Part shown: piece by piece, positions 1 to 9,674 of the stretch
Numbering within the stretch: the stretch's first letter is position 1
How the letters are laid out: every line of letters starts with the position of its first letter
Source of the DNA: Dehalococcoidia bacterium
GTDB lineage: Bacteria > Chloroflexota > Dehalococcoidia > Lucifugimonadales > CATOSD01
DNA length: 64,000 nucleotides
Assembly: GCA_034422735.1 (NCBI GenBank)
Contig: DAOUJL010000051.1
Coordinates: 23,596-87,595 of the forward strand
Reading direction: 5' to 3'
Made by a program: the position numbers and the translations under genes
Notes under the pieces: generated by a model
Told to the model about the DNA's origin: nothing
The model's database searches: none
The model's input: the letters and a program-made list of their open reading frames with translations, nothing else

Positions 1-50
1 TCCAATTGCTTTTGCGCTCCTGTACAGCACTTCAAGTAAGGGGTTCCTGA

Positions 51-974
51 CTACTCATAACGGATGCGTGGATCGAGGAAGCCGTAGCTGATGTCCACCA
101 GCAAATTGGTGATCACGTAGATTACCGCGAAGAACATCACCACGCCGAGTACTAGAGGGATGTCGCGCTGCTGAATGGCGTCTATGGCGACCCTGCCAAC
201 CCCGGCCCGCGCGAACACAGACTCTATTATCACGGTGCCGCCGAGCAGGTTTCCAAACTGGATACCGCTTACCGTCACTATCGGAATCAGGGCGTTGCGC
301 AGCGCGTGTCGATAGATGACAACCTGCTCGCGCAGTCCCTTCGATCGCGCGGTCCTGATGTAGTCCTGCCTCACCACCTCGAGCATACTCGATCTGGTCA
401 GCCTCGCGAGCACTGCTCCCGACGACACTCCCAGCGTTATTGCGGGCAGCACAAGCGAGTGGAGTCCGGAACCGCCGAGGACCGGAAACCATCCGAGCTG
501 TACACCGAAAAACAGTATGAGCATCAACCCCAGCCAGAAATTGGGCATGGAGATGCCGAATAGAGCGCCAACCATGATTGAAAAGCCGGCGCCCGGCACC
601 CGAGTAACCGCCGCGAGTATGCCGAACACCAGCCCGATCCCTACCGCTACGACCATGCCGGCGAGGGCGAGCTGCAACGTGCTCGGAAATCTCAGCAAGA
701 TCTCGTCCACGACCGGCGCCCGGGTTGTGATCGAGCGTCCAAGGTCTCCCCGCGCGACGCCCCAGAGGTAGCGAAAGTACTGCACGTGGAGCGGCTTGTC
801 GAGGCCGTATTGCTCCCTTAGTATTTGCTCGATTTCGGGGCCGGGCTGGATCTCCTCGATCATTTCCGTGATCGGATCGCCCGGCGTCGCGTTCAACGCG
901 AGGAAAGTGATTGACACGATAGCCCACACCAGCGGGATGAGTATGAGCATTCGCCTGAGGATGTAACGGTACAT
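51..974 (-). CDS. ABC transporter permease, DppB/OppB-like (peptide/nickel/opine family)
   Basis: ORF 51..1058(-) trimmed to ATG at 974 (MYRYILRRMLILIPLVW...). Polytopic permease sequence ending ...LDPRIRYE. Lies downstream of an SBP gene on the same strand. Confidence 0.9.
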   Translation of the reverse strand: MYRYILRRMLILIPLVWAIVSITFLALNATPGDPITEMIEEIQPGPEIEQILREQYGLDKPLHVQYFRYLWGVARGDLGRSITTRAPVVDEILLRFPSTLQLALAGMVVAVGIGLVFGILAAVTRVPGAGFSIMVGALFGISMPNFWLGLMLILFFGVQLGWFPVLGGSGLHSLVLPAITLGVSSGAVLARLTRSSMLEVVRQDYIRTARSKGLREQVVIYRHALRNALIPIVTVSGIQFGNLLGGTVIIESVFARAGVGRVAIDAIQQRDIPLVLGVVMFFAVIYVITNLLVDISYGFLDPRIRYE

Positions 975-1059
975 GCGCCGTGCCCGGGTGGGGAATCTCA
1001 GGGGTGTGTTGATGACCGCCCGCACCACCCTGGCGGAGCGGGTCGCATTAGCTTGCATA

Positions 1060-1086
1060 CGAGTGCCGGGACATCCCCGGCACTCG
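1060..1086 (-). promoter_or_regulatory. GC-rich intercistronic stem-loop between SBP and permease genes
   Basis: CGAGTGCCGGG-ACAT-CCCCGGCACTCG, about 11-bp stem, no U tract. Sits in the 186-nt gap of a co-directional ABC operon. Confidence 0.35.
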
Positions 1087-1160
1087 TGGACGAAATCAAC
1101 TAGATGCCGCAGTCGCGCCGGACGACCTTGTGGTCACTCGCCGCGACGTTTGGGATAGTC

Positions 1161-2861
1161 CTATCGCTTGATCCAGGCGTCGTTGACTTTCCAGTCCATA
1201 GAGTTGCGGTGGGCGATAAAGCCCCGCACGCGGCCATTCACCAGCGTATTGGAGTTGGGGTTGATCAGCGGAATCACCATGGCCTCGTCACGGAAGTACT
1301 CTTGCACCTCGTGGTTTGCCACGGCTCTGGCGTCGCCCAAATTGTGGCGCGCCGCGTCCAGAAGCTCCGCGAACTTCTCGTCCGAAATGCGATCCAGGTT
1401 GGAACTCTGGGTCGGGTGCCAGAAGAACGACAGAATGTCCGCTGTCAGCGTCGCGTACCCGGAGTGACGCAGATCGAAGTCTCCTTCTTTGCGCCTCGCG
1501 TTGTGCGTTGCCGATTCCAAGGTCTCCAGCTTGATTGTGATACCGAGCTCTTCCAGCTGTGCCTGCAGCAGACTTCCCATTCGCACGTTCCGTTCGGACC
1601 CTGTCTGGATGAAGTTGAACTCCAGTGGCGTACCGTCCTTGGCCAGCTTGCCGTCGCTGCCCTTCACCCAGCCGGCTTGGCCCAGCAGGTCCAACGCGCG
1701 GTCAGGGTTGTAGGCGTTCATAGCGGCAGACTCGTCTTCGAAGGCTTGGTCGTAGAATGGCAGAGCGCGGACCACTTGGCCGTACTGCGGGAAGCCCTCA
1801 CCCTGCTCCATGACCTGGATGATCCTGTCGCGGTCAACGGCCACCATCAGCGCCTGTCGCACCTTCACGTCGTCCAGAGGCGCCGCCTCGTGGTTCATGG
1901 ACAGCGCGCTCAGACGCCCCGACCGCCGGGTGTGAAACTCGAACCGGTCGTCGTTGCGGAGGTCCGCCGCGAACTGGTTGGGCACATAAACGACGTCGAT
2001 TTCCTCGGCCTGCACAGCCGCGTTGAGGACGGCTTCTTCCTCAATGAACTTGATGAAGATGCCGTCGACGTATGGGGCGCCGGGGTTCTCGTAGAAGGCG
2101 GGAGCCCAGTTGTAGTCGGCGTTTCGGGAGAGGGAGGCGTTGTCGCCGCGCACCCACTCGTCGAACTTGAAGGCGCCAGTGCCGATAGGCTGCGTACCGT
2201 AGTCCTCTTCTCCCACGACCGCGCGATGGTGTTCTGCGGTCACGATGAACCATGCGGGCCAGGAAATGTGATCCAGCATTGGGCCGTAAATCTTAGGAGA
2301 CTTAATGACGAATGTAATCTCGTCCTGGGCGAAGATGTCAGCTTCCGGCGGCAGGTAGATCTTGGGCACCCAGCCAACGTCGGCGCCGTGCCTGTACGAC
2401 GCTGCCATGGCCTCCGCATCGAAAGGAGTGCCGTCGTGGAAGGTTATGCCTTCCTTCAGATTGAACGTCCAGGTGAGCAAGTCCTCTGAGACGTCCCATG
2501 AGTTCGCCAATCCCCCGGGAAGGAAGTCGTATGTTTCGGGGTGGCGGGAAACGAGAACATCGCCGTACATGCCGGCGATGTTTCCGGCGACGACCGACCA
2601 TGTCGCCTGCGGATCGAAGCTGTTAGGCTCGGGAATGCCGAACCTGAGAGTGCCGCCTGTCTGCGGCGCGTCGGTAGGCGGCGCTGACGTCTGTGGTGGG
2701 GCCGCGGTCGGCTGCGCCTGTGACGTCACCGGCGCCGAAGTGGCGGCCGCCGTCGGATCGGGATCCTCTTCCTCGGCACTGGAGCACGCGGCCAGAACCA
2801 GAAGCGATGCCAGCAGCCACAGGCACGCGAACCCGCTTGCCCCTGCAATCTTCAAACTCAT
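1161..2861 (-). CDS. ABC transporter substrate-binding lipoprotein, family 5 (peptide/nickel type)
   Basis: 566-aa ORF with signal peptide and lipobox-like LLVLAACSS, a Pro/Thr/Ala-rich tether, then an SBP family-5-like body. GAGGAGG lies 5 nt upstream of the ATG. Confidence 0.92.
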   Translation of the reverse strand: MSLKIAGASGFACLWLLASLLVLAACSSAEEEDPDPTAAATSAPVTSQAQPTAAPPQTSAPPTDAPQTGGTLRFGIPEPNSFDPQATWSVVAGNIAGMYGDVLVSRHPETYDFLPGGLANSWDVSEDLLTWTFNLKEGITFHDGTPFDAEAMAASYRHGADVGWVPKIYLPPEADIFAQDEITFVIKSPKIYGPMLDHISWPAWFIVTAEHHRAVVGEEDYGTQPIGTGAFKFDEWVRGDNASLSRNADYNWAPAFYENPGAPYVDGIFIKFIEEEAVLNAAVQAEEIDVVYVPNQFAADLRNDDRFEFHTRRSGRLSALSMNHEAAPLDDVKVRQALMVAVDRDRIIQVMEQGEGFPQYGQVVRALPFYDQAFEDESAAMNAYNPDRALDLLGQAGWVKGSDGKLAKDGTPLEFNFIQTGSERNVRMGSLLQAQLEELGITIKLETLESATHNARRKEGDFDLRHSGYATLTADILSFFWHPTQSSNLDRISDEKFAELLDAARHNLGDARAVANHEVQEYFRDEAMVIPLINPNSNTLVNGRVRGFIAHRNSMDWKVNDAWIKR

Positions 2862-3003
2862 GGGAACCTCCTCGAAAACCCCAGTCGCAGCGCACCCTCG
2901 ATGAAACAGAGAATTACCCGCCAGCCTACTTCAAGCGGTAGTGCTCGTTCGTTGAAAGGAAGGGGGCCGGCAACGCGCCAGAGAACTACCCACCGCCGCG
3001 CGA

Positions 3004-3032
3004 ATGATACTGTCAGTGCAACACACTGTCAA
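3004..3032 (-). promoter_or_regulatory. Sigma70-like promoter for the SBP/permease operon
   Basis: On the minus strand: TTGACA (3027-3032), 17-nt spacer, TATCAT (3004-3009). About 140 nt upstream of the ATG at 2861. Confidence 0.5.
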
Positions 3033-3153
3033 CAACGCGGGCAAGTCTTCATAGGGTTCGCACAGTGCCCAAGAGGTAGGCGGTGTTGCGCCGCTTTCTC
3101 AGTGCGGCAGGTCGTGGCTGTCGGAAAGTCTCAGTTTTTGGTCGCTCGCTTGT

Positions 3154-3183
3154 TTGACATGTAGGTTTGTGCTTCATTAACAT
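3154..3183 (+). promoter_or_regulatory. Candidate promoter for the GreA-like gene
   Basis: TTGACA (3154-3159), 18-nt spacer, TAACAT (3178-3183). AAGGAGG at 3205-3211 precedes the ATG at 3219. Confidence 0.35.
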
Positions 3184-3218
3184 GAGATTAACGGACTTAG
3201 GGTGAAGGAGGCTGAAGC

Positions 3219-4085
3219 ATGGAATCCAACGAGTCCATAACTATCCTTCAGGCTGCGGGAAAGTACGCCGAGCACCTGACTATGCGCAAGGCAAAGCGGG
3301 CAAGCGCGAAGTCGCGCAGCGTCAGGGAGGAGGCCGACGCCCACTCCACGTCCGGCAGCAATACCGAGCTGGACAAGTTCATACGTTGGTGCAAGCCCGA
3401 TACCCTCTTCTCGAAGTTGAAGCCTGCGCTCATTGGCGAATATGCGGAGAGGATGGTCGGGAGCGGCACGACGCCACAGGCCGCTGACCGCATCCAGATA
3501 GTGCGCGACTTTCTGACCTACTCTCACAAGAGCGGGTTCACCGACCAGAAGCTGGCGCAGCATCTCCGGATACGCCGGCCCCGCAACAGCGCCGTCAAGA
3601 CCGGGGGTGTAGACAAGCAGGCGCCCAATGAGCTGACCCAGGAGGGGCACGACAATCTCGTGGAAGAGCTGGAGAAGCTGAAGGAAGAGCGGACCAAGAC
3701 GGCCGGCCAGATCCAGCGCGCCGCCGCGGACAAGGACGTCCGCGAAAACGCTCCCCTGGAGGCCGCAAGGGAGCAGATGGGCTTGATCGACTCCCGCATT
3801 CGCTCCATAGAGTCGACCCTCGAGTCCTCGGTCATCATATCGGCCAGAACCGGGAACGTAACCACGATCCGGCTGGGGATGCGCGTCCAGGTGCGGGAGT
3901 CGAGGACCAAGCGGGAGCAGACTTACACGCTGGTCAGCCGCAGCGAGGCCAACTCGCTGGAGCAGAGAATCTCCGACGTGTCGCCGCTCGGCATGGCGCT
4001 GATCGGCAAGCGGAAGGGTGACACGGTGAAGGTTGAGACACCCCGCGGCCAGTCTCAATACTCGATTCTGGACATCAGGGCCTAG
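3219..4085 (+). CDS. GreA/GreB-family transcript cleavage factor with a ~135-aa N-terminal extension
   Basis: The C-terminal ~150 aa has a Gre coiled coil with the acidic tip motif DKDVRENAPLEAAREQ (compare GDLSENAEYHAAKE) and a C-terminal globular domain (...SPLGMALIGKRKGDTVKV). The N-terminal 135 aa has no Gre counterpart. Confidence 0.8.
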   Translation: MESNESITILQAAGKYAEHLTMRKAKRASAKSRSVREEADAHSTSGSNTELDKFIRWCKPDTLFSKLKPALIGEYAERMVGSGTTPQAADRIQIVRDFLTYSHKSGFTDQKLAQHLRIRRPRNSAVKTGGVDKQAPNELTQEGHDNLVEELEKLKEERTKTAGQIQRAAADKDVRENAPLEAAREQMGLIDSRIRSIESTLESSVIISARTGNVTTIRLGMRVQVRESRTKREQTYTLVSRSEANSLEQRISDVSPLGMALIGKRKGDTVKVETPRGQSQYSILDIRA

Positions 4086-4151
4086 CCCCAGCTCGGCCGT
4101 CCAAATCTCCACTTACTCCGGCGCAAACAACCCGTAGGAGGTCGAGCGCCC

Positions 4152-5072
4152 ATGCGCGTCCTTTACGAGAAGAAAGGTCCCGTCGCGTACATCACACTGA
4201 ACAATCCGGAGAAAGCGAACATCCTCGACCGTCCCACGGCCGACGAGCTGAGCGAGGTGTGGAAAGAGACGTGGGAGGACATGGACGTGCGGGTGGCGAT
4301 ACTGACAGCCGTCGGGCAGCGCCACTTCTGCGCCGGACACAACCTGGCAGTGAGACCGGACATCACGGAGGAGGAGCGTGAGCGCGCGCGCACGGAGGCC
4401 ATCTTCTGGCCGCTGGCGGGCAGCGTGAACGGAGCGGCCAGGTTTGGGGCCGACGGGCGACTGGGCGACCACTACCCCCAGATATGGAAGCCGGTGATAG
4501 GTGCGATCAACGGCTGGGCCGCCGGAGCGGGATTCTACCTGATGTTGACGTCTACGGACATCCGCATCGCCTGTGAGGAGCACGCGCGGTTCAAGTACGC
4601 TTTGCTCAGCCAGGGCTGGGTGGGCAACGGACCTGGCGCGACTTACCTGCCCCGCCAGGTGTCATACGTCAATGCGATGCGCATCCTGCTCACCGACGAG
4701 CCATTCGACGCGAAAGAGGCCCTGCGCATCAACCTCATCAACGAGGTCGCGCCGCACGACAGCCTGATGTCGCGTGCCGAGGAGGTGGCGGACTCTATCG
4801 CGAAGATGCCGCCGCTGGCGGTTCGTATGATGAAGGAGTTCGTGATCCGGTTCAAGGACATCCCTGTTACGGAGGCCTGGCGCGTCCAGACCCTGATGAA
4901 CACGCTCGTCACGCAGATGAGCTCCGACGGAGACGAGGGCCGCCAGGCGTTCTTCGAGAAGCGGCCCCCGAAGTTCCGCGGCACGCTTCGAAGACCCGGC
5001 GAACCCTACGCCGAAGTCGCTCCTGAAGAGAGGGAGCGCCGGGAAGAGGTACGCCGGGAGCTTTTCAGCTAG
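4152..5072 (+). CDS. Enoyl-CoA hydratase/isomerase (crotonase) family protein
   Basis: 306-aa ORF. N-terminus YEKKGPVAYITLNNPEKANIL and the oxyanion-hole region FCAGHNL...GAINGWAAGAGF are typical of crotonases. Charged C-terminal tail. Confidence 0.9.
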   Translation: MRVLYEKKGPVAYITLNNPEKANILDRPTADELSEVWKETWEDMDVRVAILTAVGQRHFCAGHNLAVRPDITEEERERARTEAIFWPLAGSVNGAARFGADGRLGDHYPQIWKPVIGAINGWAAGAGFYLMLTSTDIRIACEEHARFKYALLSQGWVGNGPGATYLPRQVSYVNAMRILLTDEPFDAKEALRINLINEVAPHDSLMSRAEEVADSIAKMPPLAVRMMKEFVIRFKDIPVTEAWRVQTLMNTLVTQMSSDGDEGRQAFFEKRPPKFRGTLRRPGEPYAEVAPEERERREEVRRELFS

Positions 5073-5127
5073 TTCCGCGCGGCTTCAGAGGCGTGCTCAC
5101 GGCTGGCTACGCAAGGCGAAAGCGCTT

Positions 5128-5997
5128 ATGCAGATGACGATGTACCTGAATGGGCGGTTCGTTCCTCAGGACGAGGGTCTGCGCGAAATGCAGCAGATGG
5201 GCCAGTCCATCGGCGGCTACTACGACACCGAGCGCACCTTCGACGGCGAGCCGTTCCGGCTGCGGGTCCACCTGGAGCGACTGTACAACGGGCTGAACTA
5301 CTCCGGAATCGACGCCGGCGTCACTATCGACGAGATGGAGGCGCTCACGCTACAGGTGCTGGAGGCCAACCGGCCGCTTCCCCCGGGAAGTGAGCTGACG
5401 ATAACTCAGCTTGTCGCGCTGACCGAGCCTGCAGCTCCCGATGATCCCCCTGAAGTAACCCTAGCCATCTACTGCCAGCCGCTCGACGTCAGCGCGTTCG
5501 CGAGCAGCTACATCCGGGGGGTCAGAGTCGTGACGCCGGTCACCTACGGCGCGCCGAACGCCCCGGGGTCGGACGCAAAGGCCGGGAGTCCCAGGCAGCT
5601 TTTGCTCATGACCGGGCCAGACGGTCGCATCACGGAATGCCAAGGGGCCAATTTCATGTTCGTTCGGGACGGGCGAGTGAAGCTGCCAAATCGCCGAAAC
5701 GTGTTGCCTGGCGTGAGTATGCGCACGGCCCTTGAACTGTGCGAGGCGCTCGATATCAAGGTCGACGAGGCGGAGTACTCGATAGGCGACGTCTACCACG
5801 CCAGCGAAGCGTTCGTGTCCAGCACGCGGTTCTGTCTACTTCCGGTGGCGACAGTCAACGGCTACCGGCTGGGAGATGAGACGCCTGGACCCGTTACCAT
5901 CAGACTGCTGGCCGCCTGGCGGAACCTAGTGGGCGTGAATTTCATCAGGCAGGCGATCGAGCAGATGCCGAGAGAAGCCGACCCAGACGGTGTTTGA
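5128..5997 (+). CDS. Class IV aminotransferase (branched-chain/D-amino-acid aminotransferase fold)
   Basis: 289-aa ORF with the motif ...ITECQGANFMFVRDGRVKLPNRRNVLPGVSM..., typical of PLP fold-type IV enzymes. Confidence 0.85.
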   Translation: MQMTMYLNGRFVPQDEGLREMQQMGQSIGGYYDTERTFDGEPFRLRVHLERLYNGLNYSGIDAGVTIDEMEALTLQVLEANRPLPPGSELTITQLVALTEPAAPDDPPEVTLAIYCQPLDVSAFASSYIRGVRVVTPVTYGAPNAPGSDAKAGSPRQLLLMTGPDGRITECQGANFMFVRDGRVKLPNRRNVLPGVSMRTALELCEALDIKVDEAEYSIGDVYHASEAFVSSTRFCLLPVATVNGYRLGDETPGPVTIRLLAAWRNLVGVNFIRQAIEQMPREADPDGV

Positions 5998-6023
5998 CAA
6001 GCACGCGTCTACGCGCCTATACT
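5994..6023 (+). promoter_or_regulatory. Sigma70-like promoter upstream of pyrG
   Basis: TTGACA (5994-5999, overlapping the upstream stop codon), 18-nt spacer, TATACT (6018-6023). Leader of about 190 nt to pyrG. Confidence 0.5.
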
Positions 6024-6218
6024 TTGCCGAGCGCGGTTACGCCCGACCAAGGGCAACGTTCCGAACGCTTCCAGACTGAGACACGGCGCTTGGTTTTCGG
6101 GTACCGCTGAGCGGTAAACGCGCCTTTCCATCCTCTCGAAATGCCGTCCCCTAGCAGGTACACTTGCCGCGCGCCGTATTGAGACGCGCCGCGCGGCGTG
6201 GGATAGGAGAGCCAACCC

Positions 6219-7916
6219 TTGGCCGTCCGCGATGAGCCAACCAAGTTCGTGTTCGTGACCGGCGGAGTCGTGAGCTCGGTCGGCAAGGGCGTAACCGTCG
6301 GCTCGATTGGCCGCATCCTCAAGAGCATGGGAATCACCGTGTCCCTTCTCAAGCTCGACCCGTATCTGAACGTAGACCCCGGCACGATGTCCCCTTACCA
6401 ACATGGGGAGGTCTTCGTCACCAACGACGGCAGCGAGACGGACCTGGACCTGGGCCACTACGAACGCTTCATAGACGCCCACCTTACTAGATCGTCGAAC
6501 GTGACCGCCGGACAGGTGTACAGTGACGTCATCTCGCGCGAGCGCAGGGGCGAGTTCCTGGGCGGCACGATTCAGACCGTGCCGCACGTAACCGACGCGA
6601 TCAAGCAACGCATCCTGGCCCTGGCCGACGAAAGCAAGGCGCGCGTGATTGTCGTGGAGGTCGGGGGAACCGTCGGCGACATCGAGGGTCTGCCATTTCT
6701 CGAGGCCATACGCCAGATGCGCAACGAGGTCGGCCGGGACAACGTGCTGTACATGCACGTGACCTTCCTGCCCTTCATAACTTCGACTGGCGAACTGAAG
6801 ACGAAGCCGACGCAGCACAGCGTCAGAGAGCTGCGCAGCATCGGCATACATCCCGACGCAATCGTGTGCCGCAGCGACCAGGAGGTCACCGACGAAATCC
6901 GCAGCAAGATAAGCATCCACTGCGACGTTCCTCGCGAGGCCGTGCTCACACTTCCGACCGTTTCTACGATATACGAGGTGCCGCTTATACTGGACGAGCA
7001 GGGCCTGGGCAAGTTCATCGTGGAAACGCTGGACCTGCGCGCGGAACAGCGGAACCTGGTCGATTGGCAGGAGATGGTGGGCGCCATCAAGCGGCCAAAG
7101 GACGTACTCCCAATAGCCGTGGTGGGTAAGTACGTCGACCTGCACGACGCTTACATCTCGGTCAAGGAGGCGCTTACGCACGCGGGGCTGACCCACGAAC
7201 GGGACGTCGAGGTGCGTTGGGTGCACTCGGAGGACATAGAGAGATTCGGCCCGGAACATTATCTCGACTCGGTGCAAGGCATCGTGGTGCCCGGCGGGTT
7301 CGGCCCTCGCGGGATAGAAGGGATGATAGAAACGGCCCACTACGCGAGGAAGCGCAACGTGCCGTACCTGGGTCTGTGCCTGGGTCTGCAGGTGATGGTG
7401 ATTGAGGCCGCACGGCGGATGCTTGGCAAAGCGAGGGCCAACTCTACCGAGTTCGACCCTGAAACGCCCGACCCCGTAATCGACTACATGCCCGATCAGA
7501 GAAACATCGTCGAAATGGGCGGCACCATGAGGCTCGGCATGTACCGGTGCAGCGTCGAGCGGCTTCCGAACGGCGAGAGCAGCGTGGCGTCCAACGCGTA
7601 CGGCGAGAAAATGGTGGAGGAACGCCACCGACACAGGTTGGAGTTCAACAATCGTTACCGGGAGGACTTGCAGTCTGTCGGCCTAATGCCAACCGGACTT
7701 TCGCCGGACGGGAGCCTTGTCGAGATACTGGAGATGGTGGACTCGAGGTTCATGGTTGGGGTGCAGTTCCATCCCGAGTTCTTGTCGAGGCCGAACAGAC
7801 CTCACCCGCTTTTCGAGGAATTCGTCGCCGCAGCCACGAAGACGATAAGGGAAGGCAGCCAGCGCACGCTGCCACTGGATGACGTTGATCCGGTCGCCTC
7901 TTTCCAAAAGGTGTAG
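6219..7916 (+). CDS. pyrG: CTP synthase
   Basis: 565 aa. N-terminus TKFVFVTGGVVSSVGKG, a central synthetase domain and a C-terminal glutamine amidotransferase domain (GLCLGLQ...HPEF). Apparent TTG start at 6219. Confidence 0.97.
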   Translation: MAVRDEPTKFVFVTGGVVSSVGKGVTVGSIGRILKSMGITVSLLKLDPYLNVDPGTMSPYQHGEVFVTNDGSETDLDLGHYERFIDAHLTRSSNVTAGQVYSDVISRERRGEFLGGTIQTVPHVTDAIKQRILALADESKARVIVVEVGGTVGDIEGLPFLEAIRQMRNEVGRDNVLYMHVTFLPFITSTGELKTKPTQHSVRELRSIGIHPDAIVCRSDQEVTDEIRSKISIHCDVPREAVLTLPTVSTIYEVPLILDEQGLGKFIVETLDLRAEQRNLVDWQEMVGAIKRPKDVLPIAVVGKYVDLHDAYISVKEALTHAGLTHERDVEVRWVHSEDIERFGPEHYLDSVQGIVVPGGFGPRGIEGMIETAHYARKRNVPYLGLCLGLQVMVIEAARRMLGKARANSTEFDPETPDPVIDYMPDQRNIVEMGGTMRLGMYRCSVERLPNGESSVASNAYGEKMVEERHRHRLEFNNRYREDLQSVGLMPTGLSPDGSLVEILEMVDSRFMVGVQFHPEFLSRPNRPHPLFEEFVAAATKTIREGSQRTLPLDDVDPVASFQKV

Positions 7917-7942
7917 ACTGAGGAAGTCTCATGTGCTAGTAT
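7914..7942 (+). promoter_or_regulatory. Candidate extended -10 promoter for rho
   Basis: TAGACT (7914-7919, overlapping the pyrG stop), 17-nt spacer, TGcTAGTAT (7934-7942). Followed by a ~410-nt leader. Confidence 0.4.
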
Positions 7943-8360
7943 GTCAACAGATACCCCAATCGCCGAGTTAAAGCCACGCCCGCGGTCGGACGACATTGCC
8001 ACCAAGGGCTGGTTGGCAACAGGTCAACGGTTGGCCTGCTACTTTCCCACCACTCCCGGTCTCACGATCATTGGCGCAGTCTAGCTGTGATTTGCCAGGC
8101 TCCTGCGGTCATTGGCCCAAGACGGTGTGGTGCACATTGAAAAAGCGACAGATTGTCCGTACCTGCCCTAGCCGCGTCCCGCTGATACAGAGCCCGCGAC
8201 TGCCGCTGCCCAAGAACTACGCAGGTGTAGCCGTTGAGGCCAGCGGCGCGGCCAGTTTTGAAAACCCCGAACTACTCATTGCAATCCCCCCGCCTCACAT
8301 GGGGCGAAGATTAGGCGTCACACGAGATGCGCCGATTGGCGCGGAATCCTGGAGAGGAAC

Positions 8361-9674
8361 ATGGACCTGATTGAACTGCAGCGTAAGAACAACGACCAGT
8401 TGCTCGAGACTGGCGTCGAAATGGGGGTCATAAACGAAGGCTCGAATCCCAAACGCCACGACATGCTGAATCGCATACTCCATGCGGTGGCGGAGAAGAA
8501 CGAACAGATTACCGCCAGCGGCATTCTGTCGGTGGTCAACGACGGGTACGGGTTCCTGCGCCAGAACGGCAGCCAGCAGGGTTCAGGCGACGTGTACGTC
8601 TCCCAGTCGCAGATCAGGCGCTTCGGGCTTCGCACCGGCGACAAGGTGGCCGGCCAGGTGCGCCCGCCAAAGGACGGCGAGCGCTACTTCGGTTTGCTGC
8701 GAGTGAGGAGCGTGAACGGCGCCCAGCCCGACTCGGCGGGGAACCGACCGCCGTTCGAGAGCCTTACCCCTGTCTTTCCCACTGAGCAGATCATCCTGGA
8801 GACCAGGCCCAACTACCTCGCCCCTAGGCTCATGGATATGTTCGCCCCTATCGGACGCGGCCAACGCGGGTTGATCGTGTCGCCACCCAAGGCAGGCAAG
8901 ACCACCCTGCTGAAGGACATCGCCAACGGAATCGCCATCAACTGCCCGGACATCGAGATAATGGTGGCGCTGATCGGCGAGCGTCCGGAAGAAGTAACGG
9001 ACATGCGGCGCTCCATCAGCGGCGAGGTGTACAGCTCGACGTTCGACGAGCCGGTGGAAGACCACTGCAGGGTCGCGGAACTGGTGCTCGAACGGTCGAA
9101 ACGCCTGGTGGAGAGCGGCAGCGACGTGGTGATTCTGCTCGACAGCATCACCCGCCTTACGAGGGCGTACAACCTGGCCGTGCCGTCCAGCGGGCGCACG
9201 CTGTCGGGCGGCATGGACCCGGTCGCGCTCTACCCGCCGAAGCGATTCTTCGGAGCGGCCCGAAACACCGAAGAGGGGGGCAGTCTCACGATCATGGCCG
9301 CCTGCCTGGTTGACACGGGCAGCCGTATGGACGACGTGATCTACGAGGAGTTCAAGGGCACCGGCAACATGGAAGTGCACCTGGACCGGCGGCTGGCTGA
9401 GCGGCGAGTCTTCCCGGCGATGGACATTCACCGCAGCGGCACGCGCCGTGAGGAGCTCCTGCTGGACGAGGATACGCTACGGCAGGTGTGGCTGTTCCGC
9501 CGCTTTATCAGCACGAGAATCTCGGCCGACAACGCCACCCCCTGGGAGGTCAACGAAGAGGTGTTGCAGCGACTGAGGAAGAGCAGGAACAACGCCGAGT
9601 ACCTGCAACTGCTGGAGGAACAGTACAAGATGGCCCAGATGAGCCGTCAGCCGGCTACTGCTGGGAGGCGTTAA
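8361..9674 (+). CDS. rho: Transcription termination factor Rho
   Basis: 437 aa with an N-terminal Rho_N/CSD-like RNA-binding region ([14 protein letters not shown]), Walker [16 protein letters not shown] and a RecA-like ATPase core. Confidence 0.97.
   Translation: MDLIELQRKNNDQLLETGVEMGVINEGSNPKRHDMLNRILHAVAEKNEQITASGILSVVNDGYGFLRQNGSQQGSGDVYVSQSQIRRFGLRTGDKVAGQVRPPKDGERYFGLLRVRSVNGAQPDSAGNRPPFESLTPVFPTEQIILETRPNYLAPRLMDMFAPIGRGQRGLIVSPPKAGKTTLLKDIANGIAINCPDIEIMVALIGERPEEVTDMRRSISGEVYSSTFDEPVEDHCRVAELVLERSKRLVESGSDVVILLDSITRLTRAYNLAVPSSGRTLSGGMDPVALYPPKRFFGAARNTEEGGSLTIMAACLVDTGSRMDDVIYEEFKGTGNMEVHLDRRLAERRVFPAMDIHRSGTRREELLLDEDTLRQVWLFRRFISTRISADNATPWEVNEEVLQRLRKSRNNAEYLQLLEEQYKMAQMSRQPATAGRR

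Noticed and set aside
1-50. Possible start of the next permease gene (TTG at ~37, minus strand) at the window edge.
   Set aside because: Only ~12 codons are visible. There is no recognisable motif and only a weak RBS, so it cannot be supported.
1104-2489. Long plus-strand ORF (461 aa) antisense to the SBP gene. Similar long shadow ORFs occur at 3177-4112(-), 6009-7634(-), 11895-13196(-), 14336-15223(-), 17315-18403(+), 19884-21476(+), 24245-25777(-), 28263-29879(-), 32137-33468(-), 33882-35807(-), 40103-41227(-), 40513-42234(+), 42571-43656(+), 44831-45808(+), 50151-51149(+) and 62254-63324(+).
   Set aside because: Each lies opposite a gene whose product I can recognise by family motifs. Their translations are Arg/Ala/Gly/Pro/His-rich with no recognisable domains, which is the usual stop-codon-poor antisense frame of GC-rich DNA.
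3219-3620. The SAM-like N-terminal region of the GreA-like protein might be a remnant of an integrase or prophage.
   Set aside because: No tyrosine-recombinase catalytic domain, att-like repeats or phage genes are nearby. The region is in frame and continuous with an intact Gre domain.
6180-6200. 12-nt perfect palindrome CGCCGCGCGGCG in the pyrG leader, considered as an attenuator.
   Set aside because: It has no loop and no U tract, and such GC palindromes are expected by composition in this genome. There is no evidence for a pyrG-type reiterative or attenuation mechanism.
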